Below, piece after piece: positions 8,388-16,978 of a stretch of DNA of 53,803 nt (positions are counted from its first letter, which is position 1; each line of letters opens with the position of its first letter). The stretch comes from a virus (taxonomy: Duplodnaviria; Caudoviricetes). A model generated the notes under the pieces. The model made no database searches and was not told the DNA's origin. It saw only the letters and a program-made list of their open reading frames with translations. The stretch is from IMG/VR virus record IMGVR_UViG_3300012921_000077, positions 1 through 53,803 of that record; one strand, given 5' to 3'. The translations under genes and the position numbers were made by a program.

Positions 8388-9713
8388 CTACCTCAGGGGA
8401 ATCACAAGAAGGCGACCGCTGCCGCCGTTGCCGCCTGCCTTCGATAGACCGGCAGCCGTTGAGCCCGCACCCGCAGCGCCGCCGCCGCCGCCGCCGGCAC
8501 CAGTGTTCGCGAGCGCCGTCAGGCCGGTGCCGCCGCCGAACCCGGCGCCGGCACTGTTGCCGTTCGCTCCGCTGCCAGACGTCGCACCATCGCCGTACGG
8601 ACCTGCACCGCCGCCACCACCAGGACCCCCGGCGCCGTAGGCGCCAGCGTCGGTGCCGCTGACGCCGGACGCGCCGCCGGAATAGGTGCCGTAGGGGTTC
8701 TTCGACCCCGTCGACCACGTGCCAGGCGAAGCGCGCACCTTGCCGTTGCCTCCGCTCGCGGGCGGCTGCACAAAGAACGGATCAGACCCCGTGCCGGTGC
8801 TCGGCACTGCGATGTTCTCGTTCCGAAGCATCGCGCGCACTGGACCGCCGCCGACCGCGTAGACGTACGTGGTGAGCGCGGTCGACATGCCGCCTTTACC
8901 GCCGCCCTGCGCGCCGACGAAGCACGCGAGAACGGTGCCGCCTCCCGTCTGCGCGAACGTCGTGTCGCCGCCGTCGGCACCGCTAAATCCGGGTGCGCCT
9001 CCCGTGCCGCCGCTACCGACCGTGATGTCGTAGCCGTTGCCCGGGAAGACCTGCACCATGGCGAAGTTCAGGAGCGCGCCGCCACCCCCGCCGCCGCCGC
9101 CGGCCCACTGGTTCTGCGTCGTGCCCGGCTGGTACGCACCGCCACCGCCGCCGCCGCCACCGCAGCCGAGCACGAGGACGCGATAGACCCCTTCCGGGGC
9201 GATCCACGTGTTGCTGCTGGAGTATTCCATCGGCGTCGCCTTCGCGAGCCGGTTGTTTCGCCAGAGCACCCAGTCGGTTCCGTTGAAGAGGAACGTGCCC
9301 CAGGTGGAGTCGCTGCGGCTCGTGAGCGAGTCGAGGCCGAGCACCGCGAGCGTCGTGCCGCCGGCGTTCTTCACGGTCACGCCGTAGGAGCCGGCGTGCA
9401 CGGCGATGTCGATGACGTCGCCCACGACGGCGTTCGTATTCTGCAGCGTGTAGATGCGATCGGCCGTGAGCGTGGTCACGTCGATGAAGCCGCTGCCGGT
9501 CACGTAGTACGACGTGTCGATGTCGTCGCCGACGGCATAGCGGCCGATGATGCGGCCTGCGCCGGTCGTCGTGATGACGCTCGCGAGCGTGTCGAGCTGC
9601 CCGGCGCGCTTGTCGAGCGCGTAGGTGGTGTTCAGGTCGAGCGCGTTCGCCTGCGCCGACGTGAGCTTCGTCCCGACGCCCCAGCCCGATGCGTTGACGC
9701 GTGCGATCGTCAC
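8388..9713 (-). CDS. Glycine-rich tail fibre protein
   Basis: TWIAPEGVYRVLVLGCGGGGGGG...VFPGNGYDITVGSGG...GGNGGSGRLLV glycine-rich domain; GTG 9713 overlaps the upstream TGA. Confidence 0.8.
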   Translation of the reverse strand: MTIARVNASGWGVGTKLTSAQANALDLNTTYALDKRAGQLDTLASVITTTGAGRIIGRYAVGDDIDTSYYVTGSGFIDVTTLTADRIYTLQNTNAVVGDVIDIAVHAGSYGVTVKNAGGTTLAVLGLDSLTSRSDSTWGTFLFNGTDWVLWRNNRLAKATPMEYSSSNTWIAPEGVYRVLVLGCGGGGGGGGAYQPGTTQNQWAGGGGGGGGALLNFAMVQVFPGNGYDITVGSGGTGGAPGFSGADGGDTTFAQTGGGTVLACFVGAQGGGKGGMSTALTTYVYAVGGGPVRAMLRNENIAVPSTGTGSDPFFVQPPASGGNGKVRASPGTWSTGSKNPYGTYSGGASGVSGTDAGAYGAGGPGGGGGAGPYGDGATSGSGANGNSAGAGFGGGTGLTALANTGAGGGGGGAAGAGSTAAGLSKAGGNGGSGRLLVIPLR

Positions 9714-9994
9714 GGGATCACCAGCGACAGCTGCGCCTTCGCGAGCATGGCAGCGTGCTGCGGGTCGAGGTCGGCGGTGTACATGTCCCTCTGGGTCCTC
9801 GCATCCTGGAAGCGGACGCGCACCCACGCGCGCCCGAGCGGATCGGTGCGCGGCTCGACGACGACGCGCGGCGCGAGCTCGCCGTAGACCATGCGCGCGC
9901 CGCACTCGTTGCACACGAAGATGCTCTCGGTGAACGGCGGCCCGGCTTCGACCTTGGCGCGATGCGAGCACGCGAGGCAGGTGATTTCAGACAT
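9710..9994 (-). CDS. Small zinc-ribbon protein within the baseplate/fibre genes
   Basis: CLAC...CNECG; overlaps both neighbours. Confidence 0.6.
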   Translation of the reverse strand: MSEITCLACSHRAKVEAGPPFTESIFVCNECGARMVYGELAPRVVVEPRTDPLGRAWVRVRFQDARTQRDMYTADLDPQHAAMLAKAQLSLVIP

Positions 9995-10712
9995 CGAACA
10001 CGCTCTCGTTCAGGTTGCGTTCGTCGAGGTAGAAGCCGCCGGCGCTCGGACCGCCAACGACGCTCACTGGCGCGCCGACCTCGGGCGCGCGGTACCAGTC
10101 CCAGGTCGCCCACGCGGGGAGCATCGGCTCGAGCGCGTCCGCGAGCGCGGCGACGCGCTCGTAGAGCTCGGCGTCGGCCCGTCCCGTCGGAACCTGCACG
10201 CGGATGAGCACGTGCGCGACCGTCGAGGACCACGGCGCGCCATCGGAGACGCTGCCCCATGGGTAGCTGACGCTCGGAACAGTGATCTGCGCGACCGTCG
10301 GCGCAGTGGGCTCGATCGCGTAGAAGAACTCGCCGAGCGCGAGGACCGCTTCGTTGTAGACGGCCGAGGACAACGACGCCTGACCGACGCGCGCTTGCGC
10401 GACTGCGACGCGCGTGCGGCGCTCGGCGAGCGTGTCCTTCGCGTCGACGCGGAGGCCGTAGATCTTCTCCCAGCGCTCGAGCATCGACGTCATGCGTCGC
10501 GCGTCGCGCTGGTTACCGAGCCGCTCGTTCGTCGACCACGCGGCCGCGATCGCGCGCGCCTCGGCGAGCGTCTCGTAGTAGGCGATCTTCTGCGGGTTGC
10601 CGGCGTCGACCGCCGGTCCACGCGCGAGCACGAGCGCGTCGAAGATGCGCTTCGCGATGGGCGTCCCGCCGCCCATTCGACGCGGGGAAGGGGAGAAGCC
10701 TCCGTACGGCAT
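9987..10712 (-). CDS. Baseplate wedge protein (Mu gp48/DUF2313-like)
   Basis: LERWEKIYGL...TLAERRTRV and MLPAW motifs; downstream of baseplate J. Confidence 0.75.
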   Translation of the reverse strand: MPYGGFSPSPRRMGGGTPIAKRIFDALVLARGPAVDAGNPQKIAYYETLAEARAIAAAWSTNERLGNQRDARRMTSMLERWEKIYGLRVDAKDTLAERRTRVAVAQARVGQASLSSAVYNEAVLALGEFFYAIEPTAPTVAQITVPSVSYPWGSVSDGAPWSSTVAHVLIRVQVPTGRADAELYERVAALADALEPMLPAWATWDWYRAPEVGAPVSVVGGPSAGGFYLDERNLNESVFDV

Positions 10713-11203
10713 CAGACCCCGAAGATGTCGAAGTCGGCGCCCGCGGTGTCGCTCAGCGCGCCCGCCGTGTCGCGCACGTAGACGGTGAGCTTGTTCGCGG
10801 CCGTCGGGATGACGCTGACGAAGAACGCAGTGCTGAGCGAGCGGCTGTTCCCCCACCCGCCGCGCAGCTGCAGCGTCTTCGAGACGCCGAGCTCGTCGGT
10901 CACCATCGTCGGGTACGTGAGCTCGAACGTGCCGGTGCTCGCGCGGGTCAGTGTCGGGCCACCCGCGGAGCCCATCTTCGCGGCCCACTGCTCGTCGCGT
11001 GCGACGCGCACGAGAGCAGCGGTCGACGCGCCCGCGGTGAAGCGACACCACGTTCGCGGCGCCGTGTGCGTCATCATCGCGATGTCGCAGCGAGCCTTGT
11101 TGTCTGCATCGGCGTCGAGGTCGGTGAGCGGGTCGGCGACGGGCGCGAAGTTCTGCAGCTTGCCGCCGAGCGTCTCGAGCGTGTCGGTATCCGGAAGCGT
11201 CAT
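10712..11203 (-). CDS. Putative baseplate/tail structural protein
   Basis: 163 aa coupled ORF between baseplate J and the wedge gene. Confidence 0.6.
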   Translation of the reverse strand: MTLPDTDTLETLGGKLQNFAPVADPLTDLDADADNKARCDIAMMTHTAPRTWCRFTAGASTAALVRVARDEQWAAKMGSAGGPTLTRASTGTFELTYPTMVTDELGVSKTLQLRGGWGNSRSLSTAFFVSVIPTAANKLTVYVRDTAGALSDTAGADFDIFGV

Positions 11204-11210
11204 GGGCCTC

Positions 11211-12722
11211 TCAGGTCAGGCGGTAGAAGCCGATGCGGTTCGGCACGTAGATCTTCGGCGGGTCGGTCACCGAGGCTGGCGGCACCGGATTCAGCACGCC
11301 CGTCGGAGTCGAGTAGGTGTTCGTGCCGTCGGAGCGGTACAGGTAGAGCGCGCTCGCGATCTCGGCCTGCGAGTGCACGAGGTCGCGGAGCAGCTGCGCA
11401 CCGAGGCCGTACGGCCACGACGTCGCGGGCACCGGGCGGCGGTAGCCGCGAACCAGCGCAGAGACGTTGTCCGTCTTCTCGCCGGGTCCCATCAGCGCGA
11501 AGTGCGCAAGCACCGCGTCGAGGTACGCCTGCGCGTTCTCGCACGCAGGCCAGACGAAGTCGCTCACCGCGATGCCCGCGAAGGGCGCGTCGAGCGTGAC
11601 CACGTACGCGCCGGCGACGCCCGAGGACGCGGTCACGCGCGCCGTTCGCACGATCCAGTCCGATGCGCTGATCCACGAGACGCGGCTGACGCCCACGGTC
11701 GGCGCGATCTGCGCGTTCACGGTGATCTGCGTCGAGGACGTGACCGCGGTGACGCGTGTGCCCGCGCCGGCGCCGACGTCCGGCCACGGCGTGCCGTCGA
11801 GCCAGCCGCCACCGGGGCCCGGCGGGCTCGCGGTCTGCGCCTCGGGAAGCGAGAGCATGATCGAGAGGTCGGTCGCGACGTTCACGACCGACGTGGTCAC
11901 GACGTGCGTGTGCTCCGGCAGCTGTCCGGCGACGAACGGGGCGACCGAAGCGTTCAGCGTCGATGCCGCGACGTCGCGGAGCTTCGACGTGGCAGTCGGC
12001 GCCGCGACGACGGCGATATGCACCGTCGCGGGTCCCTGCAGCGCCGGGTACACGAAAGCTTTCGTGACCGCCGCGTCGGATTGCTCGGCGAGTTCGGCGA
12101 CGTGCTCCCAGTTTCCGGAGCGTGGCGGCGTTCGGAGCACCGCAAGGAAGCGCTGCCGAAGGCCCTCGTCGTCTTCAGCGTCGTGCCCGTACTGCAGACC
12201 GCCGGCGCCGATCACGACCTTCTCGTCGGCGAACGGCGGCGCCGATTGCCAGCGGAGCACGTCGCCCTCGGCGTGGTTCGTCGCGGCGCCCTTGTCGATC
12301 GCTTCGATCTTGAGCTGCGCGCCGTTCGCGAAGACGCCTCCCTCGACGAGCCTGAACCGGAGCCCGCTGTCGTCGACGAGCTCGGCGCCCGTGGGGATGG
12401 TCGTCGTCGCTGCGGTGGTCAGCGTGCCGACTCCCTTCGACCCCGCGGCGCCCTTCAAATAGAGCCCGTGCATGGCGGCCTGGCGATACAGGTCGTCGCC
12501 TTCCGCCGAGTCCGGCATCTGCGCGTCGGCTTTCACGATGGCGTTCGCTTCGACGACCTCGAGCTCGCTCGCGAGCGCCGAGAAGTGCGCGTAGTCGTCG
12601 GACCCGGGGCCGACGTTGGGGTTCGCGATGCCGAGCGCGATCAGCCCGTTCCGCTTCACGCGGAGCATGGAGTCGCGAATGGTCGCGGCGTCGCGAGCCT
12701 CGAACGTGAAGAGCTTCGGCAT
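11211..12722 (-). CDS. Baseplate J/gp47 family protein
   Basis: IPTGAEL, GHDAEDDEGLRQRFL, PPRSGN, AFVYPALQGPATV motifs. Confidence 0.9.
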   Translation of the reverse strand: MPKLFTFEARDAATIRDSMLRVKRNGLIALGIANPNVGPGSDDYAHFSALASELEVVEANAIVKADAQMPDSAEGDDLYRQAAMHGLYLKGAAGSKGVGTLTTAATTTIPTGAELVDDSGLRFRLVEGGVFANGAQLKIEAIDKGAATNHAEGDVLRWQSAPPFADEKVVIGAGGLQYGHDAEDDEGLRQRFLAVLRTPPRSGNWEHVAELAEQSDAAVTKAFVYPALQGPATVHIAVVAAPTATSKLRDVAASTLNASVAPFVAGQLPEHTHVVTTSVVNVATDLSIMLSLPEAQTASPPGPGGGWLDGTPWPDVGAGAGTRVTAVTSSTQITVNAQIAPTVGVSRVSWISASDWIVRTARVTASSGVAGAYVVTLDAPFAGIAVSDFVWPACENAQAYLDAVLAHFALMGPGEKTDNVSALVRGYRRPVPATSWPYGLGAQLLRDLVHSQAEIASALYLYRSDGTNTYSTPTGVLNPVPPASVTDPPKIYVPNRIGFYRLT

Positions 12723-13156
12723 CAGAGTTCCGTGGTTCGCTCGATGTCTGCGGACAGATCGCGCCAGCGGAGGCGCGGGCGCGCGGCGCCGGGGTGCAGC
12801 TGCGAGGTCTCGACGGACACGATCGCGACGAGCTTCCGGCGCACGAGGTCCGCGAGCGCGCCCTCGAGCGTCAGCCGCATGCGCCGCTCGAAGTCGTCGG
12901 CGATGACGTCGAACTCGCTGAAGTCGATGTTCGCGATCGCGAGGTAGACCATCTGCTGCACGTCACCCATCGCGAGCGATCGCCCGGTGACCGAATCGAC
13001 GACGTAGTCGCGCGTCAGCGGGTCGATACGGCGCGAGCCTGTCTGCGCGCCCGTGTCCGGGTTCCGCAGCACGGCACCGGACGGAGCCGGCGCGCTCGAC
13101 GGCGTACCGAGTCCGAACGACGACGAACCGAAGGGCTGGGCGCCGAAGCCGCTCAT
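12722..13156 (-). CDS. Baseplate wedge/sheath initiator (gp25/gp46-like)
   Basis: Position before J; IDPLTRDY...ALADLVRRKLV pattern. Confidence 0.65.
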   Translation of the reverse strand: MSGFGAQPFGSSSFGLGTPSSAPAPSGAVLRNPDTGAQTGSRRIDPLTRDYVVDSVTGRSLAMGDVQQMVYLAIANIDFSEFDVIADDFERRMRLTLEGALADLVRRKLVAIVSVETSQLHPGAARPRLRWRDLSADIERTTEL

Positions 13157-13160
13157 CGCA

Positions 13161-13421
13161 TCACTCCAGCGGGCACTCGAGCGGCAGCGCCGCGAGGTAC
13201 CCGAGCACTTGGTCGATGTAGCCGTTCATGATCGCAATGATCTCGGGCTGCAGAATCACCGTCGGGATCGGAATCGGCGGCAGCGGGTTCGGAACCGGCG
13301 GCAGCTTGCAGCAGAAGTTCGGCAGGCCCGGGATCGGCGGGATCGGCGGCGTCGGCGGACGCAGCGTCAGCGGCGCCGGGAGCTCCGGGACGGACGGGAT
13401 GGGGACCTTGATGCAGCTCAT
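13161..13421 (-). CDS. Proline-rich small protein with Cys residues, next to the spike gene
   Basis: 86 aa; ATGA-coupled to the spike gene; PxP repeats; N-terminal C, central CC, C-terminal CP. Confidence 0.65.
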   Translation of the reverse strand: MSCIKVPIPSVPELPAPLTLRPPTPPIPPIPGLPNFCCKLPPVPNPLPPIPIPTVILQPEIIAIMNGYIDQVLGYLAALPLECPLE

Positions 13422-14281
13422 GTCGAGGAGGTCGTCGTGGGCAGCGTGAGCTGCGCAGCGGCGGTCACTGCTGCGCCCTGCGCGACCACGCCTGGCACCG
13501 GCGCCGAGGCGGCAGCGAGCGCTGAGCCCGTGACCGTCGGCGCGGCCGACATCGCAGCGAACGAGGTGAACGCGTTGGCGATCGCGTTGATCTGCGACTG
13601 CAGATTCGCGAGCGCATCGAAGACGTCGCTCGCCGACGCGAGCGGCTTGCCGTTGCCGCCGAACGACGTCACCGAGCTCGCGCCGCCGATCGTGCCCGCG
13701 CGCATCTTGATGTAGCTCGAGATGACGTCGAGCGGCGCCGGCAGGCCGTTGATGCCGCCGAGATCAAACGCGGCGCCGGAGTCGTGGAGCACGTGGAAAC
13801 CCGTCGCGTCGAAGCGGATCGTTCCCCAGGGAGCGACCCACATGAAGCCGTCAGGCGCGACGCGCATGTAGACGGACTTGCCGTCGTTCGTGTTGTCGTC
13901 GGTCGTAAAGAGCGTGACCGAGCCGTCGCCCTTCAGCGCGACGCGACCTTGGGACGTGCCTTCTTCGCCTGCCGCGTAGACGACCGTGTCGCCGTCGTTG
14001 ATGAGCCCGGCGAGCTCGAGCCCGCGAAGGTCGACGGCGCCGACGACCGTGTCGCGGTCGCCGCCCTTTACGACGACGGCGTACGCCGCGGCCTTGCCCT
14101 TCTGCGCCTTCGGAGGGCGCGAGATAAAGCCGGGCTGCTGTACCCAGTCGGCGTTGTCCGTCTCGGCCTCGCCGCGCACGTCGCCGAGCTGCGCTTGGAT
14201 CTTCCCGGTGACGGCGCTGACGGTCGTGCGGAGCACCGCGTAGCCCACCTGAATGAGCCCGCCGAGGTCGACTGCTGCCAT
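13418..14281 (-). CDS. Baseplate central spike (Mu gp45-like)
   Basis: QQPGFISRP...AVVV.GGDR...VG..DLR...GDTVVY OB-fold pattern; follows the hub. Confidence 0.8.
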   Translation of the reverse strand: MAAVDLGGLIQVGYAVLRTTVSAVTGKIQAQLGDVRGEAETDNADWVQQPGFISRPPKAQKGKAAAYAVVVKGGDRDTVVGAVDLRGLELAGLINDGDTVVYAAGEEGTSQGRVALKGDGSVTLFTTDDNTNDGKSVYMRVAPDGFMWVAPWGTIRFDATGFHVLHDSGAAFDLGGINGLPAPLDVISSYIKMRAGTIGGASSVTSFGGNGKPLASASDVFDALANLQSQINAIANAFTSFAAMSAAPTVTGSALAAASAPVPGVVAQGAAVTAAAQLTLPTTTSST

Positions 14282-14285
14282 CGCT

Positions 14286-15734
14286 CTATCCCCGCCGTCG
14301 GTTGATCGCCGCGGCTTCTTCCTGCGCGTCGAGCGACCCTCGCCGCGCCTCGCCGAGCACATCCTTCTCGAACCGTGAGGGCGGGCGTTCGCGCTCGAAG
14401 CCGATCGGGTTCCGCACCTTCGCGGCGACCTTCGTCGTCACCGCCGCGGGCGGGTCCTCGGCGACGCCGAGCTGCACGCTGTTCAGGCGAATCAGTTCGA
14501 GCTGCGTGGTCGTCCCCGCCGCGCGCGACTTGCTGTAGCGCACGCTCGAGACCCACATCAGCTCGTGCACGTCCGCGACGTCGTCCTGCACGTCCACGAC
14601 CGTGTCGACGAGCCACGGGACGAACTGTCCCTCGACGTTCTGCCCGTGGCCCTCGACGAGGTAGTTCGCGACCATGCTCCTGCGCGTCAGCAGGCTCATC
14701 TCGCGGCGCACGAAGTTGTTCAGCTGCTCCTGCGTCCGCGACTCCTCGTCGTGGAGGAACACGATCCGCGGAGGAACGTTCGCGGTGCGGCGCTTGAACG
14801 GCTGCGTCGTCAGCACGACCTGCTGCGCCGTCGGGTGACGCTGCAGAACCTGCGTCACTTCAGGGAGCACGAAGCCGTCCTCGTCGACGCCGAAGTACGG
14901 GTTCACCGCGTAGGCCTTGATCCGGCCGCGACCGAACTCCCCTCCGCCGGACGATCCGTCGGCGATGATGCACGCCGGCTGATCACGGAAGGACAGCCGC
15001 ACGCGACCGTCGAGCACGTTCGTCGTGCCGTTCCCGTTTCGGCGTAGCTGGTACGACGCCGGCTGCGCGTAGTTCGGCGTGTCGACGATGATGCGCTCGC
15101 CGTCCTCGGAGCAGCGAATCCAGAGGCCGTGCCGCTCGGCGACGCGCTTGGCGAAGTCGTGGACGCCTTCGTGGTTGTGCGGCTTCAGCTGGTGAAGCAC
15201 GAAGTTCTTGAGCGGCCGCGGCCCCTTCCGCTTGCCGCCCCGTGTCATCGGCGTTCCGCGGAGGCCGTTCGTCGCGCCGCGGCTCGCCGCGTTGTCGATC
15301 TGGAAGTGGTCGGGACCCGCCCAGCCGAACGGCGTGTAGAGCCTGACGAGGAAGTCGGCGAGGGTCGTGCCCTCCTTGAACTGCAGCGACGGGTCGGCGA
15401 TCCCGTCGACCGCGAGCCCGAGTCGCTCACGGCCGATGATGTTCCAGACCTGCCCGGCCTGGCGGTTCGCACCGATGTCGAGATCGTCGATGTGCCCGTC
15501 GGCGAGCGGAACGCCGTTGATCGTCAGCCGAACGCGGGCGCCGATGACGAGCGCCTCGCGTTCGCGCTCGGGGAGCGTCTCGTCGGCGACGACGAACGAG
15601 AAGCCGGAGGCCGGCTTGAAGTAGTCGCTCGCGAAGTCGTAGTCGACCCAACGCGAGAGCGTGACGTGCGCATCCATGATGCGCAGCTGCACCTGCTCCT
15701 GGTCAGGAGTGTTCGGCGAGTACGGAGCCGCCAT
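14286..15734 (-). CDS. Baseplate hub (Mu gp44/gpP-like)
   Basis: W.DYDFASDY..PASGFSF, G..LADGHID, WLVDTVVDVQDD...WVSSVRY...GTTTQLEL motifs. Confidence 0.85.
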   Translation of the reverse strand: MAAPYSPNTPDQEQVQLRIMDAHVTLSRWVDYDFASDYFKPASGFSFVVADETLPEREREALVIGARVRLTINGVPLADGHIDDLDIGANRQAGQVWNIIGRERLGLAVDGIADPSLQFKEGTTLADFLVRLYTPFGWAGPDHFQIDNAASRGATNGLRGTPMTRGGKRKGPRPLKNFVLHQLKPHNHEGVHDFAKRVAERHGLWIRCSEDGERIIVDTPNYAQPASYQLRRNGNGTTNVLDGRVRLSFRDQPACIIADGSSGGGEFGRGRIKAYAVNPYFGVDEDGFVLPEVTQVLQRHPTAQQVVLTTQPFKRRTANVPPRIVFLHDEESRTQEQLNNFVRREMSLLTRRSMVANYLVEGHGQNVEGQFVPWLVDTVVDVQDDVADVHELMWVSSVRYSKSRAAGTTTQLELIRLNSVQLGVAEDPPAAVTTKVAAKVRNPIGFERERPPSRFEKDVLGEARRGSLDAQEEAAAINRRRG

Positions 15735-15740
15735 CGAGCG

Positions 15741-16052
15741 TTACTTCGCGAGCGTTCGCGTGCGCCGCCGCGTCGACTGGCTCGTCGGTGTGGAGATGTC
15801 GGCCGCGTCGATCGCGATCTCGTCGCCCACGTCGTCTTCGTGGACGAGGCGCGCGTCGATGCACCGCGCATGCGGCATCGTCGCGCGGAGGTGGTCGACG
15901 ATCTGCAGCACCGTGCAGTCGACGCAGTCAGGGTCGAAGCACTGCGCGAGGACGCCGTTGTCGTCCGGCACGCTCCGGCAGGCGCGGCGCGAGTCGAACA
16001 CGATCTCGGCGCGGACGCGGGCGCGCTCGCGGGCTTCCTGGGGCTTCTTCAT
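15741..16052 (-). CDS. Hypothetical Cys-containing protein
   Basis: MKKPQEARE...CFDPDCVDC; ATGA overlap with upstream gene; fills the gap. Confidence 0.5.
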   Translation of the reverse strand: MKKPQEARERARVRAEIVFDSRRACRSVPDDNGVLAQCFDPDCVDCTVLQIVDHLRATMPHARCIDARLVHEDDVGDEIAIDAADISTPTSQSTRRRTRTLAK

Positions 16053-16975
16053 GCGGCGATCCTCGGCGCGTAGTAGCGAACCACCGCGCCCTGAGGCACG
16101 ACGGGGCCGCGCAGGAGCGGCAGGTTCAGGCGGATCAGCTCGGTCATGCTGACCTCGGCGTCGGGCAGCTGCGCGCGCACGCCCGCGAGCGTGGTCGGCG
16201 CCGGCACGCGGTAGAGCACGACGTCGCGATCGAGCCGCCGCAGCGTCTCGCGCAGAGCGAGCGCGGCCGACCGGAGCTGCTCGACGTTGTGCCGGATCGG
16301 CCACGACAGAGCGCCGCGCGCGCGGTCGACGGAGTCCTTCAGCTGCCCGGCGCGGTAGAGCATGGCGTCGATTCGCCCCGCCGCTCGGCTGGACTGCAGC
16401 GCCACCTGATCGAACGCGCCCATGACGCGGTTCATCGCCGATTCAAACGACTCGGTGAAAACCGGTGCGTCCGGAACGAGCGAGCGGATGTTCGTCGAGT
16501 TCTCGTCGAGCTCGATCGCCGCGCCCTGCGCGTCGCTCGCCGGCGAGGACACGATCTTGTGCGCGATCTCGTCGTCGACGGTCTCGACCCACGACGCCGA
16601 CGCGCTGCATCCGCCGCGCTTCGTCGCGTCCCAGTCGAGGTCGATGTTCTCGGCCTTGCACGTCAGCGTCCCGAACTCCGGATGCTGCAGCGGTCCGGTC
16701 TCCCGCCGCGCGAACGCGATGAGGAGCGCGCGCATCACGCTCGGGTAGAGCTGCGGGTTCCAGCTCTCGTTCTTGCCAGGCTGCACGCCGTTCAGCAGCG
16801 GGATCTCCGCGCTGATGCGGACGGGCGCGACGCCGGTGTCTTCGACGCGCGCGCCGTCGACGCGCCAGTACTTGTGCTCGACGAGGTCGTGCGCGAGCGA
16901 CATGCGCATGCGCGAGATCGGGATCTCGACGTCTCGCCACTTGAAGGCGAACAGCTGCGCGAGGACGTCTTCCAT
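16049..16975 (-). CDS. DNA circularization/tail tube initiator protein (Mu gp43-like)
   Basis: FKWRDV...HDLVEHKY..VDGARVEDTG, GPLQHPEFG; LysM-like C-terminus ELIRLN; follows the tape measure. Confidence 0.85.
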   Translation of the reverse strand: MEDVLAQLFAFKWRDVEIPISRMRMSLAHDLVEHKYWRVDGARVEDTGVAPVRISAEIPLLNGVQPGKNESWNPQLYPSVMRALLIAFARRETGPLQHPEFGTLTCKAENIDLDWDATKRGGCSASASWVETVDDEIAHKIVSSPASDAQGAAIELDENSTNIRSLVPDAPVFTESFESAMNRVMGAFDQVALQSSRAAGRIDAMLYRAGQLKDSVDRARGALSWPIRHNVEQLRSAALALRETLRRLDRDVVLYRVPAPTTLAGVRAQLPDAEVSMTELIRLNLPLLRGPVVPQGAVVRYYAPRIAA

Positions 16976-16978
16976 GGG

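Noticed and set aside
2147-9713. Diversity-generating retroelement or invertible fibre cassette
   Set aside because: No reverse transcriptase, invertase, TR/VR pair or flanking inverted repeats noticed
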